A stretch of DNA of 64,000 nt from an uncultured Candidatus Saccharibacteria bacterium (GTDB lineage Bacteria; Patescibacteriota; Minisyncoccia; Phycocordibacterales; UBA12088). Location: positions 7,687 to 71,686 of the forward strand of contig CAYPBQ010000004.1 in NCBI GenBank assembly GCA_964409035.1. The letters are read 5' to 3'. Positions within the stretch are counted from its first letter, which is position 1, and every line of letters starts with the position of its first letter. The notes under the pieces were generated by a model. It was not told where the DNA came from and made no database searches. It saw only the letters and a list, made by a program, of their open reading frames with translations. A program made the translations under genes and the position numbers. This document shows, piece after piece, positions 37,956 through 50,000 of the stretch.

Positions 37956-38948
37956 ATGTATCGCATACTCATTGCACTTCTTATACCGTTTTCCATCACT
38001 GCGTTTTTAGCGGTGCCTATTGTTGGTGCACCGACTCCGGTTATATCTGAAGAGACAGTGCTTGCGATAGATGATTTGCCTTCAGACGAAGTATTTGGTG
38101 ATTTTGTGGTGGGTCCAGGAAAGGTGGATGTACTTCTTGCGCCTGGCGCAACCACCACTGTGTATCTTCGAGTATCGAACAGAATGGGTGACGATAAAAT
38201 GTTCAATGTAGAGGTAGAGGACTTTGCAGGAACGCAAGATCCCAACCAAACAATCGTACTTTTGGGAGATGAGCGTGGACCTTACTCTCTTAAGGATTAT
38301 GTGCGACCAGCAACAACAACCTTTCCGGTTGATCACGCAACAAGGGTTACTATTCCGGTAACTATTACTGTTCCATCTGACGCAGAGCCAGGGGGTAGGT
38401 ATGGCAGCGTACTTATTAGTACTGTGTCAAAAAATGCTGATGTTGGGGCACGTGATGGCGCGCAAAGCGGCGCGGCAATTGTATCAAGAATAGGCGTACT
38501 CTTTTTTGTTCGTATAGAAGGAGAAGCAGTTGAAGAGGGTAAGCTTACATCTTTCGACACAAAAGATTCACGCCGATTATTTCAAGGTGGAGAGATTCCT
38601 CTTGAAATCTTGTATGAAAACACCGGATCGGTACACCTAAATCCTTATGGCTACATCACTATAAAAAATATATTTGGTGAGGTTATAGGAGCACAAGAAC
38701 TTGATCCTTGGTTTACACTTCCAAAGTCATTGCGTTTGAGAGAGGTGACGTGGGAACGAGCACTTCTTGTTGGTAGGTATACCGCCGAGCTGCAGCTTAA
38801 TAGGGGGTATGACGATATTGTTGAGAGTGCGAGTGTTTCTTTCTGGGTGATACCTATAAAGATGGTTGTGCTAGTACTTTCTGGACTATTCATCTTAATG
38901 ATTATCCTCAGATGGATAACAAAGAATTTTGAGATCAAAAAGAAGTAG
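37956..38948 (+). CDS. Cell-surface protein with N-terminal signal, two beta-sandwich-like regions and a C-terminal TM anchor + basic tail (DUF916/DUF3324-like architecture)
   Basis: Signal MYRILIALLIPFSITAFLAVPIVGA. C-terminal MVVLVLSGLFILMIILRWITKNFEIKKK. Start is 2 nt after the upstream stop. Confidence 0.45.
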   Translation: MYRILIALLIPFSITAFLAVPIVGAPTPVISEETVLAIDDLPSDEVFGDFVVGPGKVDVLLAPGATTTVYLRVSNRMGDDKMFNVEVEDFAGTQDPNQTIVLLGDERGPYSLKDYVRPATTTFPVDHATRVTIPVTITVPSDAEPGGRYGSVLISTVSKNADVGARDGAQSGAAIVSRIGVLFFVRIEGEAVEEGKLTSFDTKDSRRLFQGGEIPLEILYENTGSVHLNPYGYITIKNIFGEVIGAQELDPWFTLPKSLRLREVTWERALLVGRYTAELQLNRGYDDIVESASVSFWVIPIKMVVLVLSGLFILMIILRWITKNFEIKKK

Positions 38949-38949
38949 T

Positions 38950-39738
38950 ATGCATATGTTCTTTATTGCAACACGCAATCGAATACTGAGAGGGCTTGCA
39001 TCTTTGATTGTGACGGTACTTCTTTTTGGATTTTCTACTCACCTTGGTAGGGCTGCGGTAATGCAAAGCAGTAACTATAAAATTGAGCGCGACAGTATAA
39101 ACACTGGCGGAGCACTTGGTGAATCAGGAAGTTACTCAATGGAAGATTCTATGGGTGAAGTAGCGACTGGATATTCAGAAAGTGCAACATTCAAATTGCA
39201 CGCAGGATATCAACAGCTTCACGAGGCAACACTCTCATTATCTGGTATGACGAATGTACTACTCACACCAACACTACTACCAATTACTGGCGGTACTGCA
39301 AATGGAAGTACTACCGCAAATGTGTATTCAGATAGTTCAACTGGCTATGAGCTCAAAATAAAAGCTGAGTATGATCCAGCCATGCGCCAATCTGCAACAA
39401 GTAGTTTTGCTAACTATACACCAGCGGGTGTTGCTCCTGATTATGCATTTACCGTTGGTACGCAAGCGGCAGAGTTTGGATTCTCTGCGTATGGAGTAGA
39501 CATAGCAACTCGATACAAAAATAATGGATCTGTTTGCGGAGTTGGAAGTCTTGTTACTGATAGTACGTGTTGGGACCCAGTTACCACTTCTGATGTAGTT
39601 ATCGCACGTAGAACAAGCCAGACAGGTATAGCAGGTATAGCCACCAAAATAAACTTTAGGGCAGTAGTAGCACCAAACGCGAATCCTGCGGAGGGTACGT
39701 ACATAGCTACAACTACCGTAACGTTGGTTGCTATATAA
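38950..39738 (+). CDS. Secreted surface protein (paralog of 37252-37953)
   Basis: See the paralog. ATG at 38950 chosen, right after the upstream TAG. Confidence 0.5.
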   Translation: MHMFFIATRNRILRGLASLIVTVLLFGFSTHLGRAAVMQSSNYKIERDSINTGGALGESGSYSMEDSMGEVATGYSESATFKLHAGYQQLHEATLSLSGMTNVLLTPTLLPITGGTANGSTTANVYSDSSTGYELKIKAEYDPAMRQSATSSFANYTPAGVAPDYAFTVGTQAAEFGFSAYGVDIATRYKNNGSVCGVGSLVTDSTCWDPVTTSDVVIARRTSQTGIAGIATKINFRAVVAPNANPAEGTYIATTTVTLVAI

Positions 39739-39743
39739 AGACA

Positions 39744-41069
39744 ATGAAGAATGTTCTTTTACAATTTTTTCTTATCGTACTCATTATCTTCTTAGCTCCT
39801 CGCTATGCTGAGGGGCAAGGGAAAACCTTCGAAGTATCTTTTGAAGTAACTGATGGTATTGCATCTACTACTGTTATTTCTAATCCTCCACCAGGCGGCG
39901 GGCCACTTCCAGTACAGCCACAACCTATATTTATTGATATAGCGGTAGAGGCAACTACTGATTCTTCAGAAATATTCTGGAGCACAAATCCACACACAAG
40001 AGGAATAATCATGTGGGGTGCAACTCCAGACTTAGAGCTCGGATCAATCAGCGCTCCTCTATATAATAGAGAGCATACTACATTTATAGAGTCTCTTGTT
40101 GAGCAGAAAACCTACTACTTTCGGATTATTGCACAGGATGGCTTTGGAAATCTGATTGACTCTGGAGTTATCTCCTTTGTAACCAAGGGTAAGGATGACG
40201 TGCTATCGCCATCAAATCCTATTACCTTCACTGCAAAAGCAGAGGGTGTTGCGATTCGCCTTGATTGGCAAAATCCTTCCGATGAAGATTTTCGCTCGGT
40301 GCGAATTATTAGGAGTCCACTATTCTATCCCGCAGATATCGTAGATGGGGCGCTTGTATACGAAGGGTCTTTAGAGACATTCCTTGATACAGATGTGGTT
40401 ACTGACACCCGCTACTATTACACTTTGTTTGCAAAGGATGCTGCTGGTAATTACTCATCAGGAGTTGTTGCTGACGCGATCATCTTTGGAGATGGAGGTA
40501 TTGGAGAAGTACAAAAGCCATTTGAAAATCTTCCAAATGCGCCAATAGTACACCCACAGTTACAATCGATCACACTCTATGATCTTGAATATATTCAAAA
40601 GGGGATATTGCTTCCTGTCTCAAGTACCTCACCTCGAATATATATAGATGGAGGATATGACCTGTTAGTGAGGCTTGAGTACGGAAAAGTTCCTGAAGTG
40701 TTAAAGACTATTGCGATCACAATCACTGATCCGATTGAAAAAGACAAACACTTTTCTTTTCTTCTTCGAGTGAATAAGGATAAGTCGTACTATGAAGCAC
40801 GACTTTCACCACTTGAGAGGAAGGGGGTATACGAATTCCTTTTTGCAGTTCTTGATTACAAAAATCAAAACCTAAAAAAGCTGTACGGACAATTTATAGT
40901 TGATAAGGTTTCCTCGCTTATCACTGTCGTACGAACATCTCCCACACTTACTTACGCGCGTACTGCCCTCATGAGCTTCTTGATGCTCTTTATGATCTTC
41001 ATTATTGCCTGCCTAAGAAGAAGACAACAATTTACTGAGGAGTTACCACAATCATGCAATCGTTGCTAA
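39744..41069 (+). CDS. Secreted fibronectin type III domain protein with C-terminal TM anchor
   Basis: Signal peptide. FWSTNPHTRGIIMWGATPDLELGS...KTYYFRIIAQDGFGN is an FN3 / purple-acid-phosphatase-N-like fold. A second beta domain follows, then C-terminal TM MSFLMLFMIFIIACLRRRQQF. Confidence 0.5.
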   Translation: MKNVLLQFFLIVLIIFLAPRYAEGQGKTFEVSFEVTDGIASTTVISNPPPGGGPLPVQPQPIFIDIAVEATTDSSEIFWSTNPHTRGIIMWGATPDLELGSISAPLYNREHTTFIESLVEQKTYYFRIIAQDGFGNLIDSGVISFVTKGKDDVLSPSNPITFTAKAEGVAIRLDWQNPSDEDFRSVRIIRSPLFYPADIVDGALVYEGSLETFLDTDVVTDTRYYYTLFAKDAAGNYSSGVVADAIIFGDGGIGEVQKPFENLPNAPIVHPQLQSITLYDLEYIQKGILLPVSSTSPRIYIDGGYDLLVRLEYGKVPEVLKTIAITITDPIEKDKHFSFLLRVNKDKSYYEARLSPLERKGVYEFLFAVLDYKNQNLKKLYGQFIVDKVSSLITVVRTSPTLTYARTALMSFLMLFMIFIIACLRRRQQFTEELPQSCNRC

Positions 41070-44000
41070 AAACAACCGCATATATAGTTAATTTCATACT
41101 GCTTTTTGAAGCGGTGGTTTTTCCATTTTCATACTCTACCGCACAGGCGCAAGTTGCATTTACTCGTCAAATCAATTACCAGGGTAAACTCACTGATACA
41201 GTGGGTGGAGTAGTTGCTGATGGTAATTACAATCTTCGTTTCAAATTGTATACATCTGCAACTGGTGGCTCGCCAATATGGACTGAAACATGGTGCTACT
41301 CACCAAATGCTGGAATAACTTGTAACGGTACTGGAGTAAACAACAGACCAGCGCTGGTTAATGGATTGTTTTCAGTAATGCTTGGCTCAACCACTGCTCT
41401 TACTAGTATTAACTTCAATCAACCACTCTACTTAGGTGTAGAGGTAGGTGGTACTGGTACTACTCCAACATGGGATGGAGAGATGTCACCACGAAAGCGA
41501 TTAGGCACTGTGCCATCTGCATTTGAAGCAGAAAATGCACAAACAGTAGGTGGTGTTGCATCTTCTTCATTGCTAAGGAGCAACACGAGTGACGCCTACA
41601 CCTCGGGTACACTCACTTTCGATTCAGGGACATCTCTTGTGGTAAATGGTAATGCGACCTTTGCGAGGGCAACTACCACTAATGCAACAACCACTCATTT
41701 ATATATAGGTACGGATGTGTGGCTAAATGGAGAACGTTTTACCGACCTTACGGGTACTGGACTTAAAAATACTGCTGGAGCACTACAGGTTGATGATACC
41801 GTCTTTCTATCTCTTTCAAATTGGTTTGCAACCACCACCGATGCGCTTGATGAGGGATCATCAAATCTTTACTTTACTAATGCAAGAGTGGCTGCGTATA
41901 TTAACGCATCATCAACTATTCCACATGTTGCGGGTGGAGCATTTGGTAACATACTACGTTGGAGTGGCTCTGCATGGCAGAGTGTTGCCACCTCAACACT
42001 AAGGATTGCAATAGGAGATACCACCGGAACTTTATCCGTTGCTCGAGGAGGTACCGGCGCCACTACGCTAACTGGCGTACTTAAGGGTAACGGTACGAGC
42101 GCCTTCACTGCTATGACAGGGACTGCAAATTACGTTACTCGTTGGACTGATGCAAATACGCTTGGTACAGGAGTGCTCTATGATAATGGGACAAATGTAG
42201 GAATTGGAACCACAACCCCAATTGATAAATTGTTTGTGTATGGCGGTGATGTGAGTGTTGGGAAGTCATCAAACACTTCTTTTACAGGAACGCGAATATA
42301 CACAGGCGGAGTTGAGCGAGCACAAGTACTTGCAAACATCGATTCTACCGATGGCGGTAAATTAGTCTTTTATACAAAGGCATCAGGCGGATCAATAACT
42401 GAAGCGGCACGCTTTGACCAAGCGGGGAGAATGTCTATTGGTGTGGGTGCTACTCCATCAGGGCGCCTTCATGTTGCTGGGTCAGGAAATGTGCTTTTCA
42501 TGAATTCGGGCAACACCGGTATTGGCACCACCTCCCCATACGCAAAACTTTCTGTGGCAGGACACGTAGTCGGTGCATACTTCACCGCTACCACTACATC
42601 TACAAGTACATTGCCACGCACCAATATCACCCGCCTCACACTAGGGGGTGACTATGTTACTGATATCACCGGCACTGGACTTTCAGTATCATCTGGCTCA
42701 CTCAATGTATCTGCGGTACCAGCATCAGCTCTCTCACTCACTCAGGGATACACCTATGTGGGCAATGCTTCAAATGTTGCTTCTGCTACGTCGACGTTGT
42801 TTATTTCAACAGCAAAGAATGTGGGAGTGGGGACGACGGTGCCTGCGGCAAAATTGCAGATACAAGGATCAGGGGGAATTGGTCAATCAGTGATGATTGA
42901 TAACAGAGAATTGAAGTTTAGAGGAGATGGAGACGCTCACTACTCTATCTTTGCAAATAGAATAGCAGGAACACTAACCATTGAAGAGACGAGCGCAAAT
43001 GGAGATGTTGGATACGCTGGTTCAGTAAGGCTTGCAATACAGAAGACAACTGGGTATGTAGGTATAGGTACAGATACCCCTTTATCAAAACTTGATGTAG
43101 TTGGTGGTTCTCTTGGAGTACGTTCCTCTACACTTACAAATGGTTCAATTTATATAAATCCAGGTGGATCAGATTATGCGGGGTACATAGATTTTTATAA
43201 GGCAGGACCAACAAGAATCGCATATCTTGGATACAAGGATGGTGGTAGTGGTAATTTGGGATTAAATCTCGAAAACTCCGCTAGCTTTAACATAAATGGT
43301 GGCAATGTTGGTATTGGTACCACTAGCCCTACCGCACTACTTCATGTTCGCAAGGATCAGAATGAGGGAACTAAATCAAGAGTGGTAAACCTTAGTAGTG
43401 GCACCAATGCGTTTTCACAATTTTCAGTTGATGCGCTAGGTGCTAGTCTCTACAACTATGCAATAGGTTCTGGATACACTACTGCAGGACGATACGTAGC
43501 AGCCTCTGGCGCACTTGATGCAGTTGGTGCTGGTGGGCTTAGTATTTCTGCATCTGATGGTTCGGGAGTAATCCGATTTTATACTGCGGGGGATAATGAG
43601 CGACTTCGCATTACTAGCACAGGTAATGTTGGGATTGGCACCACCTCCCCATACGCAAAACTTTCTGTTGCAGGACACGTCGTCGGTGCATACTTCACTG
43701 CTACCACCACCTCAACCTCAACTCTCCCACGCACGAACATAACAAGACTCACACTAGGGGGTGACTATGTTACTGATATCACCGGCACTGGACTTTCAGT
43801 ATCATCTGGCTCACTCAATGTATCTGCGGTACCAGCATCAGCTCTCTCACTCACTCAGGGATACACCTATGTGGGCAATGCTTCAAATGTTGCTTCTGCT
43901 ACGTCGACGTTGTTTATGTCGAGCGCAAGTAGAGTAGGTATCAAACAAACCTCACCTGGAACCACACTTGATGTTGGCGCAAGCACCTTAGATACTATTC

Positions 44001-47000
44001 GCTCGTATGGGGGATTTGTTGGGCACGCATCAGCAAATATAGATGGAACGGGTGCGGCGGCGTACTTCCCAAATGGGCTATATTCAAATGCTGCTACCTC
44101 ATGGATATATGGCAATGTATATTTTTCCGCAGGTGCGTCTGTAATTCAGAGTGATGGGGATGTGGGTATTGGAACTACCAATCCTACAGGTAGATTCAGT
44201 ATTGTGTCGGCTGACTCGCCGTATATGTTTACGGTCTCTGGAGCTTCAAAAGGAGTGAGATTTGAAGGTAACTCAACGGGAGTAATTCTTTCGGGTGTAG
44301 ACAACACGCTGGCATCTTCGTACCAACCACTTTATATGAATGGTAGTTACCTTGGATTTCAAAACAGTACTACCGAAGTAATGAGGATAACAGGAAATAA
44401 AGTAGGCATAGGAACAACAAATCCAAACTATAAACTCACAGTGTCTGCTGGTGATCAAGATGGTATAAGTGTTGTTTCGTCAGGAACAGCTCGAATGGAA
44501 TTTAATCCAGATGGAGGAGGTGCGGTGGTATTTAACAACGCAGATGCGAATGGGTTTTACTTTAATCAAAATGGCACAACAAGGGTTACCTTTGATGGGT
44601 CTGGTAAAGTAGGCATCGGGACAGCGGCGCCTGACACTATTTTACACATTAGCAGCGCAACCCCAGTTCTACGAATAGACGCTTCAAATAACAATGTTGA
44701 TTCAACACTGCAGTTTCTTGGTAGAGATTCAAACAGTGGTCAGACCTCAAAGGTTCAATTCGTACAGGGAGTTACCGAAACAGTAAGTGGTATTGGTGCG
44801 ACGTTAAACATACTCACCACAAAGGAGAGTTCGGGTGGTTCTACTTTCACCTCATCAATGTTTATAAATAAACTTGGCAATGTAGGTATAGCAACAACTG
44901 CGCCCGCATATAAGATGGATGTAAACGGATACATCAATACCTCAGGGATAACTGGTGGATATAAGATGCAAGGTAACACCGTCCTCTATGCTTCTACGAC
45001 CAACACCTCTCTTGCGGTAGGGGCATCGTCTGCTGCTGCATGGATGCGCGCCTCTTCTTCTCAAAAGTACTCGATAGCGATGGGGTATCAAGCGCTTGCC
45101 GCTACTCCAACCGGAAACCCAACCAAAAACACCGCACTTGGTTTCTATGCCTTAAGTGCAAACACCTCTGGAACTCAAAACACATCAATAGGCGCAAATA
45201 CACTTCAACAAAACACCACTGGATCATATAACACTGCAGCGGGCGTACTTTCTCAATACGCCAACACCACCGGATCATACAACACCAGCTATGGCTACGC
45301 ATCTTTGTTTAGTAATACTACAGGAACAGACAACACCGCATTAGGATTTCAATCTCTCTACTACAATACGTCAGGAGTACACAATACTGCTGTGGGTCAG
45401 AATACATTACTTTCAAATACTACCGGATCATATAACAGTGCGTTTGGTCTACAAGCACTCCAAAGCAATACATCAGGAATACACAATACATCGATTGGAC
45501 GCACTTCGATGTATTTAAATACAAGCGGCTCATACAATGCTGCCCTCGGAATGTACGCCCTCTACTACAACACCTCTGCAACTACAAGTACCGCAATTGG
45601 TTGGGGTGCGGGACAAGGATCGACAAATTACTCAAATACAGGAGGTACATATGTTGGATATGCTGCTGGCTATAATTTAGGAAATGCTTCCAACTACAAC
45701 ACGCTCATTGGCCTTCAAACGGGATTCGGCATTACCACAGGAGCGCGTAACACTGTAATCGGCAACAGTACTATTGCTGCTTCATACAATCAAATCACCA
45801 CTGGAAGCAACAACATTGCAATTGGTAATGATGTTGCAGTACCGAGTGCTACCGCATCCAATCAATTAGTAATTGGCAACCTTATCTATGGCACAGGACT
45901 TAGTGGGACAGGAAGCACTGTCTCAACCGGAAGTATTGGTATCGGTATTGTAAATCCGACCGGTAAACTGCAAGTTGTTGGTGATGAGGTGCGCGTGGGT
46001 GATAGCGGATCGGTGGATATTGCGACTGCAGACGGAGATTTATTTGTCGAAGATGATCTTGAGGTTGATGGTGAGATATATGCCTCAACAATTCTCTCTG
46101 GGGATACTAACCTTGTTCCAAATTGGCAATTTGAGAGTGATGGCGCCTGGCCCGACCCTGCTGATACAGTAGAGACAACTTTTATTGATGGAGAATCTAT
46201 AAAGGCGCATCGATCGGTAGAGAGTGGCACGGGTTGTTATGGGTGGGGGCATTCGCCTACATTCTTGGTCAATCCAACTAAAACATATGAATTTAGTGTC
46301 TGGATAAAATCTACCGAGAATGACATGAACAACTACTTTGGATTTTTTGCGTATGACGCAAGTGGTACGCAAATATCTACTTCACCATTTGATAATCCGT
46401 ATTTTAGAGGGGATGAAAATGATCCAAATGAATGGCATAGGTGGAGTGGATACATCATGCCATCATACAGCGACGATAACGCTAATGGTTTTCCTGACGC
46501 AGGAGACTCACCACAAACACGAGGAGTGGATTATTCATGGCCAAGTAACACAGTCTCTGCCAAGGTGCGCTTTGGATCGTGTTATGGCGATGGCTCTAAT
46601 ACAGGCCTATCCTACTTTGCATACCCACAGGTAAAAGAGATACAGCCTGACAAACGCTTTGTAGAGGGTGATCATACAATATACGGGGATCTTGTGGTGG
46701 GACAATCAGGCGCAACAAACAAGGTCGATATTGCAAGTGGGACACGATCAGCAACACACGCGAGCGGGTTACCACTATATGTAACTGGCGATATAGGTGC
46801 CGCATCAAGTGGTATTGAGTTTAGACATTCAAATGGTTCACAAGGCATTGGCTTTGGCTACAATACTATTTATGCTACGGGTAGTAACTCTTCACAAGAG
46901 CTAAACTTTACCACAAAGGGTACTTCCGGCATGCACTTTCAAATTGGAGGAAATACCAAAATGGCTATTAATGGCACGACTGGCAACGTAGGCATCGGCA

Positions 47001-50000
47001 CTACAACACCTGGAGTAAAACTGGATGTTGTCGGCTCGATTCGAGCTTATTCAAATGCGCTTAACAATGCCACTATCGATCAAACAAAGATTGCTTTTAT
47101 AAATACAACAAACACTGCAGCCTTTGATGTTGGATTACTTGGAGGAACATCAGATGCGATTGCCTATCTATACAATCGAGCAAATGCAGCAATGATATTT
47201 GGTACAAACAACTCCTCAAGAATGACAATAGATGGTAGTGGAAATGTTGGTATCGGCACAACAAATCCTGGGCAAAAATTGGAAGTTACCGGTAATACCA
47301 CCATTACCGGCACATTACGCGTTGGTGCCTCAACCGGAGGATCGGGGACTGCTGGAGATATTGTTGCTCGACGTTCAGCAACAACTGGGGCTTATTATTT
47401 TGGGGATTCAACGAGTAATTATCTTTACTTCGATGGTACTAATTACATATTTGGTCTCGGGGGATTGTATGTTAATACCAACGGCAATGTAGGTATTGGC
47501 AACACTTCCCCCTCTCAAAAACTTGATGTTGTTGGCAACATAAAATCAACTGGATACGGTATTTTCCCAACAGGCATAGCACCTGCGGTAACTGGTGCTC
47601 CTGATGGAAAGATATTCTCACCTTCTGGTGACTACCTCGGAGCTACTACTTGGGGTATCAATTATAACGAGGGAACTCCAGATTATATTGAGTTTAATAA
47701 TGCAAGCGGAGCAACATCGAGGATTGCTTTGGATGATGGTAGTGCGCATTTTGCCTTAAGTGGCGGCTCTGTCGGTATTGGAACGACGGCACCAGGAAGT
47801 AAATTGGTTGTTAGTGGCGGCAATGTAACTATTGCTCCTACAGGTTCTGAAATTGCTGCTGGCTATAATCCTTTGTATGTTAATGCGCCTGTAGCTTCAT
47901 CGGTAACAACCGATGAAGAGGTTTCTACGGCTGGTATCAACATAAGAGGCTACGGAGACAATGTGAATTTGCAACTTGGGGTTGGGGGTTCGGCTTTGAA
48001 TTATTCTGGTTGGATACAGGCATCGTATGATAATGGTGGAACTGGAGGAGTAGAGCCACTGTTATTGAATCCTGCCGGTGGCAACGTTGGTATTGGCACG
48101 ACAAGCCCAACAAAAAAACTATCAACCTATCATACTGGTTCACAAAACGGCATAGAGATTGCAGGATATGTTCCTACGCTCTACTTTAGAAATGTCGGGT
48201 ACACGGGTGATCACTACCACATCTCTGTTGCAGAAACTGGAACTAATAGCACTTTTGCAATTAAAAACGAAACAGACGGTACGTACCCATTTGCCATTGA
48301 TGGGGCCGGAAAGGTGGGTATCTTAAATAGCTCTCCTACATACTCACTTGATGTAAGTGGCACCGGAAGATTTACCGACGATCTTTATATGGAGAGTGGG
48401 CTAAAGAGAGAAAACAACTCTCTTGATGATACTGACAGCTCATTATACATGCAGTACTACTCTAGTGGGGGTGGGGTGGTTATCGGTGATAGTGGTGTAG
48501 ATCACGACCTTACTGTGTATGGTACCGGTACATTTAATGAATATATTTATCTTCCTGACTCCAACACGCGCCTTAGTGAAGGTGCGGGTAACGCGCTTAG
48601 AATGCAAACCAACTCTGGATATATTGATATTGGCGCACAAAACACCTCGTACGCACACATTTATACTGATAGACCTGCCTTTTATACTAACGCACCTGTT
48701 CGTGTGCAAGGCTCGTTAAGTGTTGGTTCAGCAACCTATGCGGGAACTGATGCGCCAACAAACGGGGCTATTATTGAGGGAAATGTTGGTATCGGTACAA
48801 CAAATCCTGCATCATTTAAACTACAGGTTGCTGGAAATGTGGGGCCAGAGACAGATGCTACCTATGACCTTGGCTCATCTGCAAAGCGATGGAATAACTT
48901 GTACCTTACCAATGCGCCAATTATTGGTGGATATCACGACCTTACCAACGACAATCTTCTTTCTAATGGAGATTTTGAGACAGGCACCTTTACGGGCTGG
49001 ACTGCCTCGGGCACAACTGGTGTTGTTTCTGCGGGTGCCTATGCAGGAAATTACTCCGCACAGTCAACAGGAAATCAAACAGTGCTCAGTGATGATTACA
49101 TACCAGTTGATCCAGATTACGACGTGCTTCAACTTGAGGGATGGTTTAAAGAAACTACTACTGGTTCGCCAACACCCGGCGTATTGTATTTTGGCTACAT
49201 TGCGTATGACGAGAGCAAGGTAGCGATTACCACTAGCCCATGCGGCACCTATTGTTACTTTGCAGCATCAGGATATAACATTCCTAATGATGGTGCGTGG
49301 CACAAGTTTTCAGCTACCACCAATGGCGAAGGCACCAGTTACCCAAACTTCCCAGTGGGTACGAAGTATGTACGTGTGCTCATGCTTATGAACTACGCTG
49401 CATCATCAAATGAGGTTACCCGCTTTGACCACGTTACCCTCAAGAGAGTTAACAATGGACCTCTCTTTGTTGGAAATAACTTCTCAACAACAAACCTAGC
49501 TGATCAAAATCAGGCTACAAAGCTCTACACTACCGCATCAAATAATTTTGTTATTGAGCCGCCATCCTCGGGTAAGGTTGGTATTGGTACTGCGTCTCCA
49601 CGGCAAAAATTAGAAGTCATTGGTATATCTCAAATTTCATATGCTGACGGCGGTAATGATTTCTTGACCATACAGCCTTATACAGATGGGTACACGTATT
49701 TTAATTCTCATGGAGATGGCGCTGGAGAAGGTGGATTTAGATTTAGAACCAATGATGGAGCTGCAGAGTCTATGGTAATTACACACAGTGGTTATGTAGG
49801 GATAGGGACCACCGGTCCAGGCAACCTCCTTAGTGTAAACCAGGCGGGTAATGCAACAGTGGGTACCGGCACCACTTATGGAATAGCGCTATACAACCAA
49901 GGTACGTTAAACGCAGGGCTTGGCTCTGATGCAAGTAGTGTGTTTTTGCAAAGCTGGGCAGGCAAGCCACTTCATATAAACAATCAAGGCAATAATACGA

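Noticed and set aside
37252-39738. Confident assignment of the two small secreted paralogs as bona fide WxL-domain proteins
   Set aside because: Only one W-containing motif per protein and no clear second WxL motif. The resemblance rests mainly on gene architecture, so it is kept as a low-confidence hypothesis rather than a feature call.
42517-43920. Diversity-generating retroelement (template/variable repeat pair) as an explanation for the near-identical repeats in the giant gene
   Set aside because: Both copies lie inside the same coding sequence 1.1 kb apart, no reverse-transcriptase gene is in the window, and the mismatches between the copies are not confined to adenine positions. Gene conversion or unequal recombination fits better.
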